17,913 nt of DNA from Candidatus Micrarchaeaceae archaeon (GTDB lineage: Archaea > Micrarchaeota > Micrarchaeia > Micrarchaeales > CABMGC01): the NCBI GenBank assembly GCA_038877255.1, contig JAVYWZ010000014.1:1-17913 (forward strand), written 5' to 3'. The notes beneath the pieces are model-generated. The model ran no database searches. It was not told the origin of the DNA and saw nothing but the letters and a program-made list of their open reading frames with translations. Positions 9,268-16,384 of this stretch are shown here, piece after piece. The position numbers and the translations under genes are program-made. Position 1 is the stretch's first letter. Every line of letters starts with the position of its first letter.

Positions 9268-10457
9268 TTTATTACCTCGTCGAGAAGCACAGAGGCATAA
9301 GAGCCACTTGGCAGCTCAAACCTGATAATTACATTATTGCCTTGTATCGCATGCTGCTCATTCTTAAAATTAACAAGCAACGGCCTGTATGCACCTTTCA
9401 TGCTCAGCTCTGGCATGCTCCTTATTTTGAAACTTTCTTTGCTTATCTGCATCTCTGCTAGCAAATCCTTTTCGTATTCATTAATGTCTTTTGAGTCGTA
9501 GCCTATTATGCCTGCAATAGGATATTTGCCATTCGCTGAGATTTTTTCAACATCCGGAAAGCCATAAAAGTTTTCTCCGCAATGCACGCTTGCTTCAAAA
9601 TCATCGTTCTTGATCCTGTGTTCAAGCTCTTTGTTGAATATATATGCTTGAACTGCATGTATGAACATTATGAGTATGCCTCTGGGCAGGCTCCTTAGCG
9701 CGCCTGCGAAATCACCATTTGTCTTTGCCAGATGCGAAAGCATAATTCTTTCAGGCACAAGGTACCTTGGGAAATCATTTAGCGCTTTTGCAAAATTCAT
9801 GCTCTCCTTAAGCTCATTCCTCGCAGCTACTGCTTTGTTGTCCTTCTCGTTTTCAACGCTTGTCAAGAATGCCAACGCCGCTTCTTCAAGCTCGTTTCTG
9901 AGTATATGCATGCCTATCTCGTGGTTGTTGCCTCTGATTCCAAAGCGCTGCTCGCCAAAGAAATTAGGCATCATGCCGTTTAGCTCAGCGAGCACCCTAT
10001 TTATGTTCTCCGGTGTTTCGCAATCAGCTATTCTAACTTCAAAAGCATTGCCTATGTTGCTGCCCAATTCTACGCGTTTGCCCAGCCACGCGCCATTTAT
10101 GCTTATATCTTTTATATGCACCCGCATCAGCGCTTCTGGGCTTGTGCCATAAATACTTGCCAACTGCACAGTTATGGCACGCCTGTCTTTAACACCTGCA
10201 TAGCCTATTGACTTTTTGCCCCTCAATACCTTCTTTGCTATTGTGGTAAGTGCCTGTATGGTATTCCAGTTCTTCTTCTGCAGAATAAAAACAGTAAACT
10301 TACTGTCGCTAGTTTCCTGCTCTTTCAGGTCTGCGGCTTTGTACTGCTTGTCCTTTTCAAGCACAGTTCCAGTGTCAATTATTTCCTTTACTATAAAATC
10401 TTCTGCAGTCTTCTTCGCTGTACCCTTTATACCAGGACTTTTGCTTATGTGCAGCAT
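9264..10457 (-). CDS. truD: tRNA pseudouridine(13) synthase TruD
   Basis: EDFIVKE, YAGVKDRRAITVQ (catalytic Asp), GNAFEV, PNFFGEQRFG, FELPSGSYAS. Confidence 0.96.
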   Translation of the reverse strand: MLHISKSPGIKGTAKKTAEDFIVKEIIDTGTVLEKDKQYKAADLKEQETSDSKFTVFILQKKNWNTIQALTTIAKKVLRGKKSIGYAGVKDRRAITVQLASIYGTSPEALMRVHIKDISINGAWLGKRVELGSNIGNAFEVRIADCETPENINRVLAELNGMMPNFFGEQRFGIRGNNHEIGMHILRNELEEAALAFLTSVENEKDNKAVAARNELKESMNFAKALNDFPRYLVPERIMLSHLAKTNGDFAGALRSLPRGILIMFIHAVQAYIFNKELEHRIKNDDFEASVHCGENFYGFPDVEKISANGKYPIAGIIGYDSKDINEYEKDLLAEMQISKESFKIRSMPELSMKGAYRPLLVNFKNEQHAIQGNNVIIRFELPSGSYASVLLDEVIK

Positions 10458-10520
10458 GGAATACCTTTAAAAATCTCACAAATAAATTACTAGTGCTAAC
10501 GTTTTAATTTAGCAATTATT

Positions 10521-10572
10521 AAATGTAAATGTTACATGTAATTGTAAGTAAATGTAAGTATAAATGTAAATG
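10521..10572. repeat. TGTAA repeat cluster in the divergent truD / ProDH-like promoter region
   Basis: Five TGTAA copies; AAATGTAAATG direct repeat (10521, 10562); TGTAAGTA twice; palindrome TTACATGTAA at 10532-10541. Confidence 0.7.
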
Positions 10573-10574
10573 GC

Positions 10575-11417
10575 GTGGTGCTTTTGCACGAATCAATAGT
10601 CGAAAGAATATTGTACAAAGTTGTGAAGCGTCATATTGCAGGCACTACCATAAGCTCTGCGATTGAAAAAGCAAAGGAGCTCAATAGCAATGGCATACCC
10701 GTTTCTATGTCGTTTCTGAGCAGTAAGGTCAATAGACTGCCGAAGGCACGCTATGTCGCAAACACTTATGTAGAGCTTGTGCACAGGATTGCGAGATTCG
10801 GTTTGAAAGCCAGCATACAGGTTCCGCTAGATGAGATAGGCTATACTCTTTCTTCAGAATCTTCGCTGGCTTATCTGCGCAGCATAGTGCAACTAAGCAA
10901 CAAGCTAGGCATTTTTACATGGATAGAGCTGCCAGATAATGGCACACGCAAGCTGAAACTTCAGGGCAAAGGCATAGGCTATGCCATTAGTGCGGCAAAT
11001 GCAAACCGCATTGAGGACATTTATGGCAACCCTGTAAAGCTGATCTTTCCTCTCACCGAAGCAGATCAAGAAGGCAAGGGCGCTAACAGCAAGCGCGAGA
11101 CAGCAAAGGTAAATGTAAGCGAGGAATTAGGAGCAGTGCGCCACGCTCTGGAAAGCGCGAATTCAGTAGCGCTGCAGGCGCCGCCAGAAAGGCTTATAAG
11201 CACGCTGCTGAAAAACAGCGCATACAAAAAATCTTTAATCTTTGAGTTCCAATTGGGTTATGCGAATAAGACGCTTTTGAGCATTAAGAAAAAGGGCTGG
11301 CGCGTGAGTATGTATGTTCCCTTCGGCAAGGGCTGGGTCGATTACGCAGTCACTAGAATCCAAGGGCATTATACGCGTATGATCGCACGCAAGCTGCTTG
11401 ATGGCAAGAAGGTGTAG
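10575..11417 (+). CDS. Proline dehydrogenase-fold protein, catalytically degenerate
   Basis: RHIAGTTISSAIEKAKELN..GI, FEFQLG and MYVPFG..W..Y match monofunctional ProDH, but the central catalytic/FAD motifs are altered; GTG start 10575 or 10578. Confidence 0.75.
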   Translation: MVLLHESIVERILYKVVKRHIAGTTISSAIEKAKELNSNGIPVSMSFLSSKVNRLPKARYVANTYVELVHRIARFGLKASIQVPLDEIGYTLSSESSLAYLRSIVQLSNKLGIFTWIELPDNGTRKLKLQGKGIGYAISAANANRIEDIYGNPVKLIFPLTEADQEGKGANSKRETAKVNVSEELGAVRHALESANSVALQAPPERLISTLLKNSAYKKSLIFEFQLGYANKTLLSIKKKGWRVSMYVPFGKGWVDYAVTRIQGHYTRMIARKLLDGKKV

Positions 11418-11420
11418 CAA

Positions 11421-12365
11421 GTGCAGGGCGAACACAAAATCGTCTTTGTAACAGGTGCCAATGGCAGGCTCGGCAGCAGGCTCTGTGCAACGCTTGTCAA
11501 TGCAGGTTATGAGGTTCGTGCCCTTGTTTTGTCAAAAGAAACCGCTAAGAGTTTGCCTGTAGGTGTAGTGCCTTTCGTCGGCTCGCTTGACGATCTGCAG
11601 GTTCTTTACGATGCGTGTGATGGAGCTGATTTAGTTATTCATACCGCAGCGCTGGTAAGTTCGGGAGGCAAGGTAGCTGACATAAAGCATGTCAATGTAG
11701 ACGGCACTGCGCACTTACTCGATGCGTGCGCAAAGGGCTCCTGCAGGCGCATGGTGTTTTCGAGCAGCATAGATGTCTACGGCAGCAAAAGGAATGGCGT
11801 AATAACAGAGTATACAAAACCCAAGCCGAATGATAAATACGGCTATAGCAAGCTTATGGCTGAGCAGGAGATAATAAACAGCGGAATCGCATATGTAATA
11901 TTCCGCATTGCCACAATCTATGGGCCGGGCTTTGAGAAAAGCTTCTTTAAGGTATTCAAAGCAGTCGCACAAAACAAAATGTCGATAGTAGGCAATGGCA
12001 GCAACCATCTTGCAATAGTGCATATAAACGATGTGCTAAATGCTTATTCGCTTGCAATGAGCAACGATGCTGTTAACAACATATACAATCTTAGTGACGG
12101 CGTCGCGTATACACAAGAGGGTCTGATTGATACTGCTGCCGATCTGCTTCATGTTGAAAGGCCAAAGAATCATGTCAGCGCAGCGCTTGTTGCGTTTCTT
12201 GCAAAGAGGTATGGACTTGACAGCGACGAGCTCAGATTTCTTACCTCTGATAGAATTATTGACATAAGCAAGATAAGGAGCGTGCTTGGATTTGAACCCA
12301 GCATTACTATAAAAGCAGGTGGGGCCGAGCTCGTGAATATGTTTCTAAACAAAGAGTTGATTTGA
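11421..12365 (+). CDS. NAD-dependent epimerase/dehydratase (extended SDR)
   Basis: VTGANGRLG Rossmann motif, HTAA, NVDGT, SS..VYG, YGYSK, IYGPG. Confidence 0.92.
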   Translation: MQGEHKIVFVTGANGRLGSRLCATLVNAGYEVRALVLSKETAKSLPVGVVPFVGSLDDLQVLYDACDGADLVIHTAALVSSGGKVADIKHVNVDGTAHLLDACAKGSCRRMVFSSSIDVYGSKRNGVITEYTKPKPNDKYGYSKLMAEQEIINSGIAYVIFRIATIYGPGFEKSFFKVFKAVAQNKMSIVGNGSNHLAIVHINDVLNAYSLAMSNDAVNNIYNLSDGVAYTQEGLIDTAADLLHVERPKNHVSAALVAFLAKRYGLDSDELRFLTSDRIIDISKIRSVLGFEPSITIKAGGAELVNMFLNKELI

Positions 12366-12401
12366 ACGAAAATAGGCAAGGTTGAGAAGCAGATAAACGA
12401 G

Positions 12402-13157
12402 ATGCTTGAGGACAAGGGAGCTTTGCTATTCATGCTAATAGATCCAGTTGATTACAAAAGCCCGGATGACGCGGTGCGCGCAGGTTCTGAAGCAATAGAA
12501 AGCGGTGCAGACTGCCTTCTCATAGGCGGCAGTATAGGCGCACAAGGCGAATTGCTTGATTATGTGACAAGCAGCATAAAGGAAAAGGTGCACGGTTCAG
12601 CTCCTATAATCCTGTTTCCCGGAAATATAGCGACGATAACCAAGTATGCAGATGCAATATACTTCATGTCGCTATTGAATGCGCGAAATCCGTACTGGCT
12701 CATACAGGCGCAGCTGCTCTCAGCTCCTGTGATAAAGCAAATAGGGGTAGAGCCTTTGCCTGTCGGCTATATTGTAGTGGCGCCAGGCGGTACAGTGGGT
12801 TGGGTTGGTGATGTAAACCTTGTGCCGAGGGAGAAGCCTAAGATAGCCGCGTCGCTTGCGCTCGCTGGTGAGTTCTTGGGTAACAGATTCATAGTTACAG
12901 ATACAGGCTCTAATCCCAAGCTTCAAGGCTATGGCCACATACCGCTAGAAATGATAAAAGCAGTGAAGAGCGCGATAAACGTGCCTTATGTTATAGGAGG
13001 AGGCATACTTAATGTCAATGATTTGCACGCGGTGTTGAGCGCAGGCGGCGATATAGTGCAGATAGGCACTGCCATTGAGAAATCGTCGAGCGTAAAAAGG
13101 GCAGTTAGTGCTTTTTCAAAAGCTGCTAGAGAAGAGGGCATGAAGAAAAGACGATAG
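12402..13157 (+). CDS. Geranylgeranylglyceryl phosphate (GGGP) synthase, PcrB family
   Basis: LIDP, IGGS, PIILFPG, ADAIYFMSLLN, GYIVVAPGGTVGWVG, DTGS, GGGI, QIGT; true N-terminus probably extends to 12366. Confidence 0.93.
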   Translation: MLEDKGALLFMLIDPVDYKSPDDAVRAGSEAIESGADCLLIGGSIGAQGELLDYVTSSIKEKVHGSAPIILFPGNIATITKYADAIYFMSLLNARNPYWLIQAQLLSAPVIKQIGVEPLPVGYIVVAPGGTVGWVGDVNLVPREKPKIAASLALAGEFLGNRFIVTDTGSNPKLQGYGHIPLEMIKAVKSAINVPYVIGGGILNVNDLHAVLSAGGDIVQIGTAIEKSSSVKRAVSAFSKAAREEGMKKRR

Positions 13158-13159
13158 CA

Positions 13160-14275
13160 ATGCGCGAAATTGCCTCTGTGGAGATTTTTGCAGTAGTTAA
13201 GGAGCTTGCTGCTAAAATAAAAGGCAAGCGCCTCAACAGCTTTTACGACTTAGGTTCTGGCTCTTTCAGGCTAGATTTTGAGTCAGGCATATCTATTTTC
13301 ATAATGCTTACAAAGGCCATAACCGAAACAAAACTCAGGGAAGAAGCCGATTCGGCAACACCTTTTGCAATCGCTGTAAGAAAGCGCATAAAAGGCAGTA
13401 GGCTCGCAGAGCTGAAGCAGATCGGCTCCGAACGCATAATCTTTTTCGAATTTTTAGGCGCTGAGAAGCATACACTTGTCGTTGAAATGTTCGCAAAGGG
13501 AAATGTCATTCTTGTAGATTCGCAGGGAAATATAGAATTGGCATATGCCACAAGGCATTTTAAAGAGCGCGACATAGCGCCAAGGACTCGTTACACTTTT
13601 CCGCCAAGCACTGCGCTTGCCTTTGTAGATTTTACCCGAGAAGCATTAAGCGAGGCAGTAAGCAAGGCGCTTTCGCAAAAAGGCGTTAAGCTGATTACCG
13701 CGCTGTCAAAATTCATAAATATAGGCCCCTTATACCTAGAGGAATTGCTTGTTTCATGCGGCTTGGACCCGAATGCAGAACCCGATTCTGCAATAGGCAA
13801 AAGAAACGAACTTGTCGACTTGCTTATAGAATTCAAAGGCCGCATCAGCAAGCCAGAGCCGATTGCTTATTATGAAGAAGCAAAGCCAATAAACTACGCC
13901 ATAATGCCCATAAGCAAATACGCAGGGTATAAGCATGCTGAATTCTCAAGCGTGAGTGAGCTTCTCGACAGCATTTATGCCAGCGAGCGCGTGCGTGTTG
14001 GCAATGAGGAATTGGAGCGTGAGATAGAAGAATTGAGCAAGAGCATAGAATTGCAGAAGAAGCTTGTAAACGAGTACAAAGAGAAGGCTGAGCTTTATAG
14101 AGGCATTGCTAACAAGATATACGAGCACATGGCCAAGCTCAATGAAGCTATTCGCGAGGCAAGGTCAGGCGCAAAAGAAGGCAATGTAGCAGCATCCACT
14201 GCCGCTGCTGCTGAAGGCGTAAAGATAATAAGCATTGACAAAAAAGCAAAGATATTGCATGTGGCGTTTGCATGA
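13160..14275 (+). CDS. rqcH: Rqc2/RqcH (NFACT family), N-terminal half only
   Basis: NFACT-N (FAIAVRKRI, QIGSERII, LVVEMFAKGNVILVD, YTFPP), HhH (IGPLYLEE), coiled coil; ends at 371 aa with no NFACT-R domain. Confidence 0.85.
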   Translation: MREIASVEIFAVVKELAAKIKGKRLNSFYDLGSGSFRLDFESGISIFIMLTKAITETKLREEADSATPFAIAVRKRIKGSRLAELKQIGSERIIFFEFLGAEKHTLVVEMFAKGNVILVDSQGNIELAYATRHFKERDIAPRTRYTFPPSTALAFVDFTREALSEAVSKALSQKGVKLITALSKFINIGPLYLEELLVSCGLDPNAEPDSAIGKRNELVDLLIEFKGRISKPEPIAYYEEAKPINYAIMPISKYAGYKHAEFSSVSELLDSIYASERVRVGNEELEREIEELSKSIELQKKLVNEYKEKAELYRGIANKIYEHMAKLNEAIREARSGAKEGNVAASTAAAAEGVKIISIDKKAKILHVAFA

Positions 14276-15165
14276 ATTTCAAAGTGGTTGCACTTGGAAC
14301 TGCCGGCTCCACGCCTACAAAAACAAGGCGCATGCCAAGCTTTGCCATAATCTATGATGGAGACGTGCTTTTGTTCGATTGTGGCGAAGGAACGCAGATG
14401 CAGCTAATGACATATGGGATAAGTTTCTCAAAGATAAAAGCTATTTTCATAAGCCACGCTCACGGCGACCACACGATAGGAATAGCAGGCCTGGTGCGCA
14501 CGCTGTCAATGGCTTCAAGGCATGAACCTCTTTACATCTTCGTGCCCGCAGGCTACGAAAAGACAATAAGCAGGCTTTTGGTATTTGATAAGGCAATAAT
14601 AAGCTTTCCTGTAATAATCAAGGGAGTAAAGAGCTGCGAAGTTTACAAAACACGCGATTACTCAGTTTATGCATTCAGGCTAAATCATACAGTGCCTGAT
14701 TACGGCTATGTGTTCAAGGAACACGACAGACTCCGCTTCGATAAAGCAAAAGCAGACAAGTTGGGCATAAGAGGCTCTGCCTTTTCAGAGATACAAAGAA
14801 AGGGCAGGCTCCGCGTAGGCAGCAAGCAGGTCTTGCTAAAGTCTATTACGTGGCTTGCGAAAGGAAAGAAAGTCGTTTACGCTACTGATACTAGGCCTTC
14901 AAAGAACACGGTAAAGGCAGCGCTGGGAGCAAACCTGCTGATTCACGAGGCCGCATACACAGAAGCCGAGAAGAAGCTGGCAATCTCGAGGAAGCATTCT
15001 ACTGCAAAAGAAGCGGCAGAGGTCGCAAAGCAGGCAAAGGTAAAGGCGCTGTTGCTGACGCATATAAGCGCAAGGCACAAGATAGCAAAGCCGCTTGAAA
15101 CAGAAGCAAGAAAGGTTTTTAAGAACAGCAGAGTGGCATACGACGGCATGATTGTAAGCATCTAA
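14272..15165 (+). CDS. rnz: Ribonuclease Z
   Basis: LGTAGSTPT, FDCGEGTQ, HAHGDH, YATDTRP, LIHEA, HST, LTHISARH; ATGA overlap with the upstream gene. Confidence 0.96.
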   Translation: MNFKVVALGTAGSTPTKTRRMPSFAIIYDGDVLLFDCGEGTQMQLMTYGISFSKIKAIFISHAHGDHTIGIAGLVRTLSMASRHEPLYIFVPAGYEKTISRLLVFDKAIISFPVIIKGVKSCEVYKTRDYSVYAFRLNHTVPDYGYVFKEHDRLRFDKAKADKLGIRGSAFSEIQRKGRLRVGSKQVLLKSITWLAKGKKVVYATDTRPSKNTVKAALGANLLIHEAAYTEAEKKLAISRKHSTAKEAAEVAKQAKVKALLLTHISARHKIAKPLETEARKVFKNSRVAYDGMIVSI

Positions 15166-15251
15166 ATATAAGATGAATCTAAATTGGCGCAAAGCATCGG
15201 AAGAAAGATATTTAAGATAAAACAAGATAAAACAAAAATAACCGCGTATAA

Positions 15252-15322
15252 GGAGGCATAGTCTAGTGGCAGGACGGCAGATTGACATTCTGCAGGCAGG
15301 AGTCCGATTCTCCTTGCCTCCA
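15252..15322 (+). tRNA. tRNA-Val(GAC), atypical T loop
   Basis: Acceptor GGAGGCA/TGCCTCC-A; D stem GTCT/GGAC; anticodon arm GCAGA-TT-GAC-AT-TCTGC; T arm AGGAG-TCCGATT-CTCCT; upstream TATTTAAG TATA-like box. Confidence 0.85.
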
Positions 15323-15396
15323 TCAAAAACCCTTTCAACATTTATGGCTTGTCTGACTGGCAAGTTTTTTATAGGCGTAGCGCATATCTATATTTT

Positions 15397-15468
15397 GGGC
15401 TCTTAGCGCAACGGTAGAGCGCTCGCTTTGCAGGCGAGAGGTTGCGGGTTCGAATCCCGCAGAGTCCA
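15397..15468 (+). tRNA. tRNA-Ala(UGC)
   Basis: Acceptor GGGCTCT/AGAGTCC-A with G3:U70; anticodon arm CTCGC-TT-TGC-AG-GCGAG; T arm GCGGG-TTCGAAT-CCCGC; upstream TTTTATAG. Confidence 0.92.
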
Positions 15469-15489
15469 AAACCTCTTCAAAGAGGGTTT
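15469..15489 (+). terminator. Hairpin directly after tRNA-Ala
   Basis: AAACCTCT-TCAA-AGAGGGTTT (8 bp with one bulge). Confidence 0.4.
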
Positions 15490-15588
15490 ATCGATAAAAA
15501 AGCGCAACAATGCGTTACATAACAAAGAGACTTTGTTGATTTAGTCCTACTTTATCAACAAAAAGCATACTTTTTCAACAAAGCCTAA

Positions 15589-16074
15589 CCTTCAAAAAGA
15601 TCAAGAGGCGATGAACTTTACGTAATTGCACTAGTTAGGATATTGGGATATACATTAAAAAGATACGTTCTAGGCGGGCAAACTGTTCAATGTGATGAAG
15701 ATAGAACGCTGCAGGCAATAGACCTGCTCTACTATCTAGGTTACCTTGTGCCGCCAGTAGTGATACCATCGTTTAGCCTCGAGTACCTGCTCGCGAACAA
15801 GACAATTGCAATGGCTGATAGGAACGAATTGAAGGATATATATGATACGTGGATGGGGCTCAGGATTGTCAAGAATATGCAGAAATATAGAAAATATCTT
15901 AGGATTGTGGCAAAGGAGAGAAAGGTGCCCGACTATAGGCACTATTTGCGTTACCAAATAAAAGAAATAATGCTGCAAAACCTAAATTACTATAAAAAAA
16001 GGAGCATAGATGTGGTGGAAACGCCAAGCACAGAGAGCATGCTTAAAGAGATAGAGGAGAAGCTGAACCTGTAG
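15589..16074 (+). pseudogene. C-terminal fragment of an AbiEii/AbiGii (DUF1814-type) nucleotidyltransferase toxin
   Basis: SLEYLLANKTIAMADRNELKDIYD matches the family K..A...R...[KR]D.YD motif; N-terminal GG(T)...R.S.D.D motif absent; frame open from 15589, first start codon is TTG 15643. Confidence 0.6.
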
Positions 16075-16165
16075 AAGTAGAGGTGAAGACTTGGGCTTGG
16101 GTGTGAGTGGCGATCAATCAGGTCACCATGGAAGCTCCCAGCCTTCAGTTGGAAGAGGATGTCAC
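16075..16165 (+). mobile_element. IS200/IS605-family right end / TnpB omega-RNA-like scaffold (orphan)
   Basis: GAAGCTCCCAGCCTTCAGTTGGAAGAGGATGTCAC: GAAGC, subterminal hairpin and terminal TCAC typical of tnpB-element right ends; left boundary uncertain; no tnpA/tnpB in the window. Confidence 0.75.
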
Positions 16166-16316
16166 TATCTGCAAGATAGACATTATTTTCTGTTCTTAAT
16201 TTTTCTAATGATTCTGGGGCAGATGTGTCTACTTTTCTAATTTTGTACGATAATAACGACAGTATTGCATACGCCATATAACATATTTTGACGTGGAATT
16301 TTATGTGTGATATAAA
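16166..16316 (-). pseudogene. IS1634-like DDE transposase C-terminal fragment
   Basis: Minus frame reads HIKFHVKICYMAYAILSLLSYKIRKVDTSAPESLEKLR..VYLAD, resembling the IS1634 'AHV.ICYLAY' region; resemblance ends at the IS605 TCAC end. Confidence 0.65.
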
Positions 16317-16384
16317 TTACCTTAAAATGTTATGTAATTCGGCTTCGGCATATGTCTTATAAAATTTTGCTACTAATTTAATGT

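Noticed and set aside
9444..9451. TATCTGCA in truD matching the start of the putative guide
   Set aside because: Only 8 nt, expected by chance in 18 kb
10521..10572. CRISPR array
   Set aside because: Repeats are 5-11 nt with no spacers; no cas genes in the window
12363..12365. TGA as selenocysteine
   Set aside because: Lies between domains rather than at a Cys-equivalent site; no SECIS-like element seen
14899..15363. 154-aa minus-strand ORF
   Set aside because: Antisense shadow of rnz and tRNA-Val
15397..15600. tRNA-Ala as tmRNA or as an att site of an integrated element
   Set aside because: Complete cloverleaf with an anticodon arm; no duplicated tRNA 3' end and no integrase seen in the window
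15643..16074. ORF upstream of the omega-RNA-like end as TnpB or a novel RNA-guided effector
   Set aside because: No RuvC (GID, EDL, DRD.NAA) or Zn-finger motifs; it resembles an AbiEii C-terminus, and the adjacency is more simply explained by deletion
15990..16277. 95-aa minus-strand ORF as a real gene
   Set aside because: Chimera: an IS1634-like fragment running into the antisense of the IS605 end and the toxin remnant
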